Source: Longimicrobiales bacterium
Lineage (GTDB): Bacteria; Gemmatimonadota; Gemmatimonadetes; Longimicrobiales; Gaopeijiaceae
DNA length: 64,000 nt
Direction of reading: 5' to 3'
NCBI GenBank assembly: GCA_963664435.2
Contig: CAXXKM010000002.1
Coordinates: 512,001-576,000 of the forward strand
The position numbers and the translations under genes are program-made. Below, piece by piece: positions 30,449 to 40,405 of the stretch. The notes beneath the pieces were generated by a model. The model was not told the origin of the DNA, ran no database searches, and was given only the letters and a program-made list of their open reading frames with translations. Position 1 is the stretch's first letter; every line of letters begins with the position of its first letter.

Positions 30449-33400
30449 TCACCCTTCCTGGCGCTGCCGCGATGCCCCTGGCGCGGTGTGCATCTCGCGC
30501 ATCCATCCGGCGGCAAGCGCGCCCACTACGACGACCCCCAGCACGCCCCCCGGCCTCGCACCCGCGTATGGCCCGGTTGCGACCTGGACGAGGAAGTCGG
30601 CGCACATCAGGGTTCCGACGATGCCGGGCATCAGGGCCGGCGCCGCCGCGCCGAGACGGGCCAGTCCGAGCAAGACGGCCCCGGACGCGAGTACCGCGGG
30701 CACCCAGGTGAGAACCGATTCCTCCAGAGGCCCCGACACGGAGAGAATACCGGCCGCCGCCACGCAGACCCACAGCGCGATGCGTGAGCGGGCGCGGGCG
30801 CGCGACCTCAGCGCGAGGCCGCTCATCAGGAGCAGCCCGGTCGTCCCAAAGAGAAACACGGTGGTCGCTCCAAGCGGTCCGGCCAGGGTTGGGATGAAGG
30901 AGTTGGCCCCGGCCACGTCGGGCCACGCGGGAAGCCCCCCTGCGATCCACTCTTCGAGCGTCACCAGACCCAGCAGGACAGCGCCCGCCGCCAGGGCCAT
31001 CGAGCGCGATACCGGCGCCGGCCCGTCCCGCCTCTCTCCCAGCCATCGGTGCGCGAGCGCGATCCCCAGACCGACCGCCGCCGATCCGAAAAGAAGCCCG
31101 AGAAAGCCCCCGAACACGGCGATCCCGGCCTGAAGGCCCCACGGCTGCAGCGCAGAGAAGAACGACGCGGTCCCCGGCCAGGAGTTCACTTGTCCGAGGC
31201 CGAGCGCCACCGCGGCGAGCAGGGTAGCCCGGACGAACAACCTCGTATCCAGCCCGCGCTTCGCCCACGTGACCGCCGACAGGACGCATGCCCCGGCGAA
31301 ACCGAGCACGAGCACGAGCACGGCGCACAGGTTCACCAGGCTCCGGAGCGCCTCGCTGTCCCCCCGCGCGAGCTCCCACTCCTCGGGCACGTTGACGAAG
31401 CGAGCCACGTCCACGATCTCGTCGCCGGCCAGCACCACCGTCAATCGCGCTTCGCCGGGGATTTCCGGGAGTACCGCCCGATCCTCAAAGGTGAATCTCC
31501 AGTCCGTGCGCTCCGGACGAACCGTCTGGACGGCGCCGACCTCGTCGATGGACTCCGGGCCCATCCCGAACCTTGCCTGGATGGCGCCGAGCGCGGCCGC
31601 CCGCGCCTCCTCCTCCTCCAGATGCGCGCCCGGATGCGCCTCGGGCAGGATGTGCCGGAAACGTACGGGTTCGGCCGCCGCATCGAGGTGGACGCGCAGT
31701 TCCTCGACGCGCTGCTCGGGATCGGCATTGAAGTCCAGGAAGCGTACCATCCATTGAGGCCTGTTCAGATAGGTTCCGAGCAGGCTCTCGTACACCTCCG
31801 GGCCCGCCTCCTCGAAGACGTACCGGTGGTCGTCTCCCCGGCCGCCATCCACCCGGGAAAGGGATGTCCACGACTCCACGGCGTGCCCGCGGCGGGTCAG
31901 CGTGTCCAGGGCGACCGCGATCGCCTCGCTCCGGGTCGCCGTCAACCGGGGGGCTGCGCCGGCATTCGTGAACGCTCCGGGGGCCCAGGCGAAGACGCCC
32001 ATCGCACCCATCGCGTAAACCAGCTTGCGCCGCGAGAGGAATCCCCGGGCGGCCGAAGGCACCTCGGAGGTGGCCGACCGGGCTCCCGCCTCCCCATCCG
32101 GCTCTGCGCCTGCGTCCGCCTCCGCTTCCGCGTCCGCCTCCGCTTCCGGCTCCTCGGCCGCGGGCGGCTCCCAGGTGCGATTGTACGCCCATTCCGGCGC
32201 CTTCGCGCGCGCACCGACCTTCAGCCGCGCCCCGGCGACAATCAGGAGCGGAGCCAGCCCGGCCGCCACCACGACCACCCGGTCGAGGAGAATGCCGGGC
32301 GCGGATGATGCGAAGAGCGGAATCGACAGCAGCGAAAGGTTGTAGGTGAAATGGGAGAGGATGGTCGGAACGAGGCCGAAATAGAGGTAGATCACGCCCC
32401 AGAGCAGGGCGGGGAACGCGAGCTCCACCACGCGGGCGTAGGCCGGTTGCTGAGGGTAGTTGGCGTGACCCGCGGCGAAGACGACGGCCTGCAGCACCAC
32501 CGCACCCCAGATCCAGAGGCTCTTCCGTCCGTAGCGCGCGCCCAGCAGGGCCGCGCAGGCGATGGGAATGGCGCGGAACGCGCTCTCTTCCCAGAAGGCG
32601 GCGAAGAGAGAAGTCGAGACCGCCACGAGCCAGGGCTGCGCCGTCGCAAGCAGGTCGGGCTGGACGACTGCCTCGGCGGGAGACCACCAGCCCTCGAGCC
32701 GGGAGGTGGCCAGGTAGAAGAGCACGACGTAGCCGAGTTGCGTCCCCAGAAGAAGGTACGCGCCCGCGGTGCGGCCGAGCGCGGGCGTGGACGCCGCCAC
32801 CTCCGGCGACCAGAATCGCCACTGCTGGAGGTGGCCGGGGAACGCACGCCGACTCAGCGACTCCCCCGCGAGGAAGATGAACGCGAGAAGCGGAGCGCCG
32901 AGGGCGGCGGTCGCGCCTGCCAGGACCAGTTGCTGGGCCAGAAACGTCTGGATCGAGACGGCGGGGTCGTAGCTCATCCAGCTCAGCGGAAGGTTGTTTA
33001 CGACCCCGAGGCCGAGCAGGACCGCCGTGATGCCGCCCCAGGCGAGGGCCGGACGCCAGACGACCAGGCTCTTCCTCATGAGGAATGCGGTGCCGCCTAC
33101 GCCTCCGACAAGCAGGAACAGGACGACGAAGACCGATTGCGATGCGAACGCGATCGCATCGTTTCTCGACCGCATGTCCCGGTAGCGCTGGGAGAAGGCT
33201 TCGGGCACGTAGACGAAGTGGGCGAGCTCGGAGGCCCGGTTCCCCGCCACCCGGATGCGAAGCCGGAAGCGGCCATCCTCCGCCGTGGCGTCCGTCCGCT
33301 CGAACACGAAGGTGTGATCCACGCGCCCGCCGGGCTGCGTCTCCTCGGACGACTCGAGGAGTTCGAAACCGGCGAGATCGACCCCCCACTCCGCCGCCGT

Positions 33401-33862
33401 CCCTTCTGCGACGGCTCGAGCCTCCTCCTCCGCGAGGTTGCCGCTGCCGGGATCGTCCTCGGAGAGGCGAAGACCGAACCCGTACGGCTCGCCCGCCGGC
33501 GTGAAGCGGACCCGACTCTCCTCGACCGCTCCCTCCTGGAAGCGTCGCACCGTCCACACGTACGGCTGATGGATGCCACGCTCGGCCAGCCCGACGAACG
33601 CGTCCCTCCCTCCCGCTTCCAGTTCGACGTACGACTGTACCTCGGGGTCGGTCTGGCCGAAGGTGGCGGCCGTTCGAGCGTCCGGCGGGTCCCATCCGTA
33701 CTGCCGCGCCAGGGTGTCCGCCCGGGAAACGGCGGCCTCGCGGTCCATGGCGAGATCCAGCGTGACGATGGGGAAGGCGGCCGGAAAGAACCGGATCGCG
33801 ACGACGACGCCGGCAACGCCGAGGAGGCCGAAGAGGATCCAGGGACCCGGTCGACGCATCAT
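30449..33862 (-). CDS. Large CPBP/Abi (CAAX-like) intramembrane metalloprotease with duplicated extracytoplasmic domain
   Basis: WEESAFR, FAAGH and H-F-T-Y-N motifs; two similar soluble domains each followed by TM bundles. Confidence 0.85.
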   Translation of the reverse strand: MMRRPGPWILFGLLGVAGVVVAIRFFPAAFPIVTLDLAMDREAAVSRADTLARQYGWDPPDARTAATFGQTDPEVQSYVELEAGGRDAFVGLAERGIHQPYVWTVRRFQEGAVEESRVRFTPAGEPYGFGLRLSEDDPGSGNLAEEEARAVAEGTAAEWGVDLAGFELLESSEETQPGGRVDHTFVFERTDATAEDGRFRLRIRVAGNRASELAHFVYVPEAFSQRYRDMRSRNDAIAFASQSVFVVLFLLVGGVGGTAFLMRKSLVVWRPALAWGGITAVLLGLGVVNNLPLSWMSYDPAVSIQTFLAQQLVLAGATAALGAPLLAFIFLAGESLSRRAFPGHLQQWRFWSPEVAASTPALGRTAGAYLLLGTQLGYVVLFYLATSRLEGWWSPAEAVVQPDLLATAQPWLVAVSTSLFAAFWEESAFRAIPIACAALLGARYGRKSLWIWGAVVLQAVVFAAGHANYPQQPAYARVVELAFPALLWGVIYLYFGLVPTILSHFTYNLSLLSIPLFASSAPGILLDRVVVVAAGLAPLLIVAGARLKVGARAKAPEWAYNRTWEPPAAEEPEAEADAEAEADAGAEPDGEAGARSATSEVPSAARGFLSRRKLVYAMGAMGVFAWAPGAFTNAGAAPRLTATRSEAIAVALDTLTRRGHAVESWTSLSRVDGGRGDDHRYVFEEAGPEVYESLLGTYLNRPQWMVRFLDFNADPEQRVEELRVHLDAAAEPVRFRHILPEAHPGAHLEEEEARAAALGAIQARFGMGPESIDEVGAVQTVRPERTDWRFTFEDRAVLPEIPGEARLTVVLAGDEIVDVARFVNVPEEWELARGDSEALRSLVNLCAVLVLVLGFAGACVLSAVTWAKRGLDTRLFVRATLLAAVALGLGQVNSWPGTASFFSALQPWGLQAGIAVFGGFLGLLFGSAAVGLGIALAHRWLGERRDGPAPVSRSMALAAGAVLLGLVTLEEWIAGGLPAWPDVAGANSFIPTLAGPLGATTVFLFGTTGLLLMSGLALRSRARARSRIALWVCVAAAGILSVSGPLEESVLTWVPAVLASGAVLLGLARLGAAAPALMPGIVGTLMCADFLVQVATGPYAGARPGGVLGVVVVGALAAGWMREMHTAPGASRQRQEG

Positions 33863-33889
33863 GTCACCCTCCTGGCAATCCCGTGGCGG

Positions 33890-34432
33890 CTAGCCGAACA
33901 GCAGCCGCACCACCCACACCGCGAACAGCATCGCGGCGATGTCGGCCGTCAGCCCGGCGGGAATGGCGTGCCGGGTGCGCTTGATGTTGACGGCGCCGAA
34001 GTACACGGCCACGACGTAGAAGGTCGTCTCGGTCGAGCCGAACATGACGGCGGCCATCTTGACGAAGAGGGAATCCTCGCCGTACCGGGCGACCATGTCC
34101 GCGACCAGTCCCGCCGAGCCCGAGCCGGTGAGCGGCCGGATGATCGCCATCGGCAGCACCTCCGCCGGGAACCCGATCGGTCCGAGCACCGGATTCAGCA
34201 GGGTGATGAGCGCCTCCATGGCCCCGCTGGCGCGGAACATGCCGATGGCGAACAGGATGGCCACGAGGTAGGGGATGATGCGCACCGCCACCCCGAAGCC
34301 CTCCTTCGCCCCCTCGACGAAGGTCTCGTAGACCGGCACCCGCTTGTACAGACCGTACAGGGGGAAGCCGATCAGGATGACGGGGATTACGAAGGCGGAG
34401 AAGAGCCCGATCAGTTCGCGCGCGGCTTCCAT
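33890..34432 (-). CDS. spmB: SpmB-like nucleoside-recognition (Gate) membrane protein
   Basis: YETFVEGAKEG, RPLTGSGS, GSTETTFYVVAVYFG. Confidence 0.9.
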   Translation of the reverse strand: MEAARELIGLFSAFVIPVILIGFPLYGLYKRVPVYETFVEGAKEGFGVAVRIIPYLVAILFAIGMFRASGAMEALITLLNPVLGPIGFPAEVLPMAIIRPLTGSGSAGLVADMVARYGEDSLFVKMAAVMFGSTETTFYVVAVYFGAVNIKRTRHAIPAGLTADIAAMLFAVWVVRLLFG

Positions 34433-34433
34433 C

Positions 34434-35468
34434 TCAGCCCTCCCCGTGCCCGGACGCACCACCGCCCGGCGCGCGGCCACCCGGCCGCTGTCCCTGATTG
34501 GGATCGGACGCGCGCGAGCCCGGCAGCTTCCCATACAGCTTCGCAGCCACGATCGCCACGAGCAGCGACAGCCCGGTGGTGATGATGATGGCGAAAATGA
34601 GCCGGTTGATCTGGAGTCCGAGGAGCGCCAGCAGGAGGACGGGGGGCACCAGCTGCACGCTCGCGGTGTTCATGGCGAGCAGCATCACCATGGGATTCGT
34701 GGCGGTGTCCTCGCTCGGGTTCAGCCGCTGCAGCTCCTCCATCGCCTTGATGCCGAACGGCGTCGCCGCGTTCCCCAGCCCGAATATGTTGGCGGTCAGG
34801 TTGAGCGCGATCATGCCGAGCGCGGGATGGTCCTCGGGCACTTCGGGGAAAAGCGGCCGCAGCACGGGGCGGACCAGGCGCACGATGGCGAAGATGATGC
34901 CCGCCTCCTCCGCGATCTTCATGACTCCCAGGAAGAGCGCCAGCACCCCGATCAGCCCGATCGCGATCCCGGCGGCGGTCTCGGCGAAATCAAGTGCCGC
35001 GGCCCCGATGGCGGTCATCTTCACGAAACGCACCGGCTCAAAGCGCACGGCCGCCTCGGCGGTTGGGGGATCGTCCCCCACCCCGGGCGCGGGGGACACC
35101 GGCTCCTCCAACGCGCCCTGCAGCTCGTCGTCGTTGGAGCGGGACACGCCCCGGATCGTCTCCAGCGGCTCCGGGAGCGCGGCGCCCGCATCGAAGCGCA
35201 GCACCATCCCTTCGTCGGTGCGCAGGAGGACGCCGTCGTAGCCTGCCGCGGGGCGCTCTTCGGTGCCGTAGAAATCCTGGTAGACCCCTGCGTCGATGCG
35301 GATCCGGACCGGCGTGCGCGCGGAGTCTGCGATGCCCTCGGGGAATGCCAACTCGACCGGAAGCGGCTGCCCGTTGCGATACGTGTCCCGGCTCACATCG
35401 CGAATGTCGGAAACGCCTGCGAAAACAAACGCCGAGATCAGCAGTGCCGCCCAGATGTAGTTGAGCAA
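34434..35468 (-). CDS. spmA: SpmA-like nucleoside-recognition (Gate) membrane protein with periplasmic insert
   Basis: MLNYIW start, LFPEVP..HPA, ANIFGLGNAATPFGIKAM. Confidence 0.9.
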   Translation of the reverse strand: MLNYIWAALLISAFVFAGVSDIRDVSRDTYRNGQPLPVELAFPEGIADSARTPVRIRIDAGVYQDFYGTEERPAAGYDGVLLRTDEGMVLRFDAGAALPEPLETIRGVSRSNDDELQGALEEPVSPAPGVGDDPPTAEAAVRFEPVRFVKMTAIGAAALDFAETAAGIAIGLIGVLALFLGVMKIAEEAGIIFAIVRLVRPVLRPLFPEVPEDHPALGMIALNLTANIFGLGNAATPFGIKAMEELQRLNPSEDTATNPMVMLLAMNTASVQLVPPVLLLALLGLQINRLIFAIIITTGLSLLVAIVAAKLYGKLPGSRASDPNQGQRPGGRAPGGGASGHGEG

Positions 35469-35613
35469 GCGGTCTTTTCCCGTGATCGAGGGGCCGGCTG
35501 GACGATCGACAGGCCGGTGGACACCTTACCGGACGTGCCGGGTTATGATAGCGATCATCCTCGGACCCGGCACGGTCCCGGGCCCTCCCTCACCGACAAG
35601 GCCGAACCACACC

Positions 35614-36711
35614 ATGCGCTCCAGGCCCCTGTCGCTCGCCGCCGCGGGCGTGTCGCTGCTGCTCTCCTGTTCCGACGCGCCGACGGGCCCCGAACCCGCG
35701 GCACCGGTCGACGTCGGTCCCAACTGCTCGATCAACACCGATCTGGTCTTTGACGGCGGGGTGGGCGTGGACGGCATCCCCGCCCTCACCAACCCGCCCA
35801 TGGCGGGGATCTTCGACCAGCAGACCGGCTTTCTCTGGGAAAGCGATCGAGTGATCAGCTTCGAGCTGGACGGACAGATGCTTGCGGTTCCCCATCGCAT
35901 TCTCTGGTGGCACGAGATCGTGAACCTGACGATCGGCCAGCACCAGGTCGCCGTCACCTATTGTCCGCTCACCGGATCGAGCATCGTCTTCGACCGCAGC
36001 GGGATGGCCGGAACCGAGTTCGGCGTGTCCGGGCTGCTGTTCCAGAACAACCTGATCATGTACGACCGCACGGACGGCGACAGCTCGCTGTGGCCCCAGA
36101 TGCTGCGCCAGGCCGGGTGCGGATCCAAACTGGGGCAGCCGCTGCCGCTCATCGCCTCCACGGAGGTCACCTGGGACCGCTGGCGCGGGCTCTACCAGGA
36201 CGGTTTGGTGGTGGTGCGCCCGGACGGGGGCCTGAGCACGACCTACGACCGCTATCCCTACGGCGACTACGAGAGCCTGGACAACCCCGAACTCCTGGCT
36301 CCCCAAACCGTCACCGACACCCGCCGCCCGGTCAAGGAACGCGTGCTCGGGGTTCTGGACGATGCGGATGGCGGCAAGGCCTATCCGTTCGGGGAGCTCC
36401 GGGGAGACGGGTCGCCCGTGACCGTCGTGAACGACATGGTGGGCGGGAAGCCGGTCCTGGTGGTGTGGGACAACTCCGGCGAGGCAGCGTTCGCGCTCAA
36501 CCCCGTGGTGGACGGACAGACCCTCACCTTCGAGGTCAGCGGCGGCGACATCGTGGACACGGGGACGGGTTCGAACTGGCGGGTGGACGGGGTCGCCTTG
36601 GAGGGGCCCATGGAAGGCACCCGCCTGGAACCGGTCGAGGGCGCCTACATCGCCTTCTGGTTCGCGTGGATAGCCTTCCAGCCCGGGACGGAGCTGTGGG
36701 AGGCGAACTGA
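35614..36711 (+). CDS. DUF3179 domain lipoprotein
   Basis: DGIPAL, WHEIVN, TYCPLTGS, FGVSGLL..NNLIMYDR, FWFAW. Confidence 0.88.
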   Translation: MRSRPLSLAAAGVSLLLSCSDAPTGPEPAAPVDVGPNCSINTDLVFDGGVGVDGIPALTNPPMAGIFDQQTGFLWESDRVISFELDGQMLAVPHRILWWHEIVNLTIGQHQVAVTYCPLTGSSIVFDRSGMAGTEFGVSGLLFQNNLIMYDRTDGDSSLWPQMLRQAGCGSKLGQPLPLIASTEVTWDRWRGLYQDGLVVVRPDGGLSTTYDRYPYGDYESLDNPELLAPQTVTDTRRPVKERVLGVLDDADGGKAYPFGELRGDGSPVTVVNDMVGGKPVLVVWDNSGEAAFALNPVVDGQTLTFEVSGGDIVDTGTGSNWRVDGVALEGPMEGTRLEPVEGAYIAFWFAWIAFQPGTELWEAN

Positions 36712-36712
36712 T

Positions 36713-37618
36713 TCAACTACCCGTGCGCAGTTCCTGCGCGGCCGACCGGAGCATGGCCACGGCGGCGTAGAGCACCACCACCACGACCAGCCAGCGCATC
36801 ACGTCGAGCGGCAGCGACCGGACGATGAACGCCGCGATGAGTACGGCCGGGATGCCCCCGATGGCCAGCCCGAGCGCGGCCTTCAGCCCGTAGCGGCCCG
36901 CCCGCGCAAAACGGATTCCGGCGACCGCCATCAGGAACGCCGCGGACCCCATCATGATGGGAAAGGCCACCGCCGGGGTCATGCCCATCATGCTCACCAC
37001 GATCATGGTGGGCGCGTACATGCCGATGCCGATCGTCATCAGCGCGCCCAGCACGCACAGGCAGATGGCGGCGATCACCAGGTCGGTGCCGGTGAGGCCG
37101 GTCGCAAGCCCGCCCACCGGGTCGGTTCCGAAGATGGACCGCAGAAACGTGCCCGCCGCGATCAGCAGCGCGATCCCCATGCCGATCTGTATCCAGTGGC
37201 GCGGCAGGCGGGTCACCACCCCCGCGCCCAGCCAGGCCCCCAGCACCGCCGCCGCGACCAGCGTGAAGAGGGTGACCGGATCGACGATGATGATGGCCAT
37301 GAAGATGAAGGCCTGGATGATGACGGGCGGGGTGTGGCCGGTCATCATGGTGCCCGGGATCTCGTCGTCGGGAACCGTCTTCGCCAGCTTGAAGAGGGAG
37401 GTGGTGGGCGCGAAGGAACCGATCCCGAGCGTGTCGAAGAAGTTGGTGCCGAACCCGACCGCCAGCTCGAACAGGCCGGGCTTCCCGCGGGTCCCGCCCC
37501 TGCCGGAGCCGTCACCTGCCGTCGCGCGCGCCGTGGTGACCCAGTGGTAGAGAAACAGCACGGCCACGACGGCCAGTGCCGCGAACAGGATCAGGCGGGG
37601 GTCGCTGGTGTCGAACAC
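36713..37618 (-). CDS. TauE/SafE-family (sulfite exporter) membrane protein
   Basis: NFFDTLGIGSFA, GIGMYAP, FPIMMGS; about 8 TM segments. Confidence 0.8.
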   Translation of the reverse strand: MFDTSDPRLILFAALAVVAVLFLYHWVTTARATAGDGSGRGGTRGKPGLFELAVGFGTNFFDTLGIGSFAPTTSLFKLAKTVPDDEIPGTMMTGHTPPVIIQAFIFMAIIIVDPVTLFTLVAAAVLGAWLGAGVVTRLPRHWIQIGMGIALLIAAGTFLRSIFGTDPVGGLATGLTGTDLVIAAICLCVLGALMTIGIGMYAPTMIVVSMMGMTPAVAFPIMMGSAAFLMAVAGIRFARAGRYGLKAALGLAIGGIPAVLIAAFIVRSLPLDVMRWLVVVVVLYAAVAMLRSAAQELRTGS

Positions 37619-37769
37619 GTCCGTTCTCCGCTGGGGAAACGTGGCAGGCGCGCGCAGGTGGGTTCTCGGGCGTCCGTTCGCCCTCGCGGCAGCTGGTTTG
37701 ATTCGAGGCTGATCGGTCGCTAAGGGTACTTCAGCAGTTCGTAACGTGCCAGAAACAGGAGAGTTGGAG

Positions 37770-39005
37770 ATGAGCGACAGACGAATTCGCGGCGCAGGTA
37801 CACGAATCCGCGGCGCAGACGAGAGAAGCCATCGGAGAATCGGACTGGTGCTGTTCGTCGTGCTGGCCTCTGCCTGCGGCGGGCCGGACGGTGAGCAGGG
37901 CGCCGCGGACGGGAGCGCGCCGGCGCCCGAGATGCGCAGCGCCGAGCCGGCGGGCGAGGCCGATCACTTCGTGCCCTCCACCCCGGAGAACGTGGCGTGG
38001 GGCTGGTTCCCGATCGACAGGGAACCCGTGCTGCGGATCCAGCCGGGCGAGACCGTGCGCATCAACACCCTCACCCACGCCGGCGCCACGCAGAGCGAGG
38101 AGCCGGTGGCCTACCTGACCGGCCTCGGCCTCCCGCGCGACGAGATCCTTCAGGACGTGCTCGACTTCTGGGCCTCCCGCGAGGGACGCCCACGCGAAGG
38201 ACGCAGCGGCCACGTCATCACCGGCCCCGTCTACGTCGAGGGCGCCGAGCCCGGCGACGTCCTCGAGGTCGAAATCCTCTCCATCGAGACGCGGGTGGCC
38301 TGGGGCATCAACAACACCTCCGCCCGGGGCGGCGTGTTCTCGATGGACTATCCCGGCGCCCATCCGGACGACCCTGCGCTCGACATCCCGCCCGGAACCC
38401 GCCACGTGATCCGAACCGGGGACGTCGACGGGCGCGAGGTGGCCTTCATGTCCGACGACATCCAGGTGCCGCTGGCGCCCTTCATGGGAATCCTGGCCGT
38501 GGCGCCCGACCCGGTGGTGGGCCAGCCGGGCGTGACCGTGCCGGGGGTGCAGGGTTCGCGCCCCCCCGGCGCGTTCGGGGGCAACCTGGACGTGAAGGAC
38601 CTCAAGGCGGGCACCACCGTGTACCTGCCCGTCTTCCACGAGGGCGCGCTCTTCTACGCCGGCGACCCCCACGGCGCGCAGGGCGACGGCGAGGTGAGCG
38701 GCACCGCCATCGAACAGTCGCTCTCCGGCGTCTTCCGCTTCGCCGTGCACAAGGACCGCACCATCGCCGCGCCGCGCGCCGAGGACGACGAGTACTACAT
38801 GATCATGGGCATCGATCTGGATCTGGACCGGGCCGCCCGACATGCCACCTGGGAGGTCGTGAACTTCCTCGGCGAGGAGAAGGGGCTGTCCCCCGCCGAC
38901 GCGCTCTCCCTCGCCAGCATCGCGGTGGACTTCCGGGTGAGCGAGGTGGTCGACCTCACCCAGGTGGTCACGGGGTACATCCCGAAGAACATCTTTCTGA
39001 GGTAG
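37770..39005 (+). CDS. Acetamidase/formamidase family protein, lipoprotein
   Basis: HVITGPVYVEGAEPGD, GGNLD, GDPHGAQGDGEV..TAIE. Confidence 0.9.
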   Translation: MSDRRIRGAGTRIRGADERSHRRIGLVLFVVLASACGGPDGEQGAADGSAPAPEMRSAEPAGEADHFVPSTPENVAWGWFPIDREPVLRIQPGETVRINTLTHAGATQSEEPVAYLTGLGLPRDEILQDVLDFWASREGRPREGRSGHVITGPVYVEGAEPGDVLEVEILSIETRVAWGINNTSARGGVFSMDYPGAHPDDPALDIPPGTRHVIRTGDVDGREVAFMSDDIQVPLAPFMGILAVAPDPVVGQPGVTVPGVQGSRPPGAFGGNLDVKDLKAGTTVYLPVFHEGALFYAGDPHGAQGDGEVSGTAIEQSLSGVFRFAVHKDRTIAAPRAEDDEYYMIMGIDLDLDRAARHATWEVVNFLGEEKGLSPADALSLASIAVDFRVSEVVDLTQVVTGYIPKNIFLR

Positions 39006-39012
39006 GCACGGC

Positions 39013-39285
39013 TCATTCGTCCAGAGCCGCTGCGACCCGCTCGCGCAGCTCTTCCCGGGACAGGCCCTCGATCCGGACCCGCTTGCGCCGCGACCCGGCC
39101 CCGGCCACGATGACGATCCGGTCCCTGCCCGCCGACAGCGTGCGGGCCAGCAACGCCACCACGGCCCGGTTGGCCCGGCCTTTCTCCGGCGGCGCGGAGA
39201 CGCGGAGCTTGAGCGTATCCCCCATCCAGCCCTGGACTTCGTCCCTCCCGGCGCCCGGAGCCACCTTCACCTTGAGAACCGCCAT
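39013..39285 (-). CDS. DUF167 (YggU-like) protein
   Basis: VKVAPGA...LKLRVSAPPEKGRAN...GAGSRRK. Confidence 0.85.
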   Translation of the reverse strand: MAVLKVKVAPGAGRDEVQGWMGDTLKLRVSAPPEKGRANRAVVALLARTLSAGRDRIVIVAGAGSRRKRVRIEGLSREELRERVAAALDE

Positions 39286-40405
39286 GAGACGTCTCCCCGC
39301 AGTTTTTTGTGTCGCGTGGGCCCTGACAGCCCCCGCAGGACTGCTCTTCGCGCTCGAGTCGCGCAGCGATTGCCCGACCTGCGTCTTCCCGGGCGAGGAG
39401 TGGGAGATCGTCCCCCGGGACGGACTGTCCGGATTCGGATGGGACGCCGGCGCGCTCGATTCGATGCGCGACTTCGTGCGCGACAGCGCCAACTCCACCG
39501 GCATCGTGGTGGCGGACCGGGGCCGGATCGTTTTCCGGTACGGCGACATCGAGGAGTTGTCATATCTGGCCTCCGTTCGCAAGAGCATCCTGGCGATGCT
39601 GTACGGTTACTGGGTCGAGAACGGCGCCATCGACCTCAACGCCACCATGGCCCATCTGGGCGTGGACGACATCGGGGGGCTGTTGCCGATCGAGCTGGAC
39701 GCCACGGTGGACCACCTGGTCACGGCGCGCTCGGGCGTCTACCATCCCGCCTCCAACGGCGGGGACAATCTCTCCGAGGCGCCGCCGCGCGGATCGCAGG
39801 AGCCGGGCACCTACATGCTGTACAGCAACTGGGACTTCAACGCCGCGGGCGCCGTCTTCGAGCAGCTCACCGGCCGCAACCTCTACGACGAGGCCCAGGC
39901 GCAGCTGGCGATCCCGCTTCAGTTCGAGGACTGGGACCGCTCGATGCAACGCAAGTCCGGCAACCTGACGATCTCGCGCAATCCGGCCTACCACTTCTGG
40001 CTGTCCACGCGCGACATGGCGCGCATCGGGCACCTGATGCTCAACGAAGGCTCGTGGGACGGCCGGCAGATCATTTCGCCGGAGTGGGCGCGGCGCATCG
40101 TGAGCGTCGTGACCCCGCTGGAGGAGATGAACCCTGTGCGGCGCCGGGACGGCTACTTCGGCTACGGCTACATGTGGTGGGTGTGGGACGGCCCGCGCGC
40201 CACCGGGCCGTTCGAGGGGGCGTACACCGCCCGCGGGGCGGTCGGGCAATGGATCACGGTATTCCCCGCCCTCGACCTGGTGGTGGCGCACAAGACCAAC
40301 TCGGTGTACGGCCGCACCACCAGCTGGGAGTCGTGGGAGCGCGCGGTGGAGCTGCTTTTCGAGGCGAAGGGAATCGAGATGGAGGAGTGGCCGTGGAGCG
40401 GATGA
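39284..40405 (+). CDS. Serine hydrolase, beta-lactamase family
   Basis: SVRK (SxxK), YSN, RDMARIG, YGYMWW; signal peptide from ATG 39284. Confidence 0.88.
   Translation: MRRLPAVFCVAWALTAPAGLLFALESRSDCPTCVFPGEEWEIVPRDGLSGFGWDAGALDSMRDFVRDSANSTGIVVADRGRIVFRYGDIEELSYLASVRKSILAMLYGYWVENGAIDLNATMAHLGVDDIGGLLPIELDATVDHLVTARSGVYHPASNGGDNLSEAPPRGSQEPGTYMLYSNWDFNAAGAVFEQLTGRNLYDEAQAQLAIPLQFEDWDRSMQRKSGNLTISRNPAYHFWLSTRDMARIGHLMLNEGSWDGRQIISPEWARRIVSVVTPLEEMNPVRRRDGYFGYGYMWWVWDGPRATGPFEGAYTARGAVGQWITVFPALDLVVAHKTNSVYGRTTSWESWERAVELLFEAKGIEMEEWPWSG

Noticed and set aside
35614..36711. Selenoprotein version of DUF3179
   Set aside because: No in-frame TGA; the motif is CPLT with an ordinary Cys codon.
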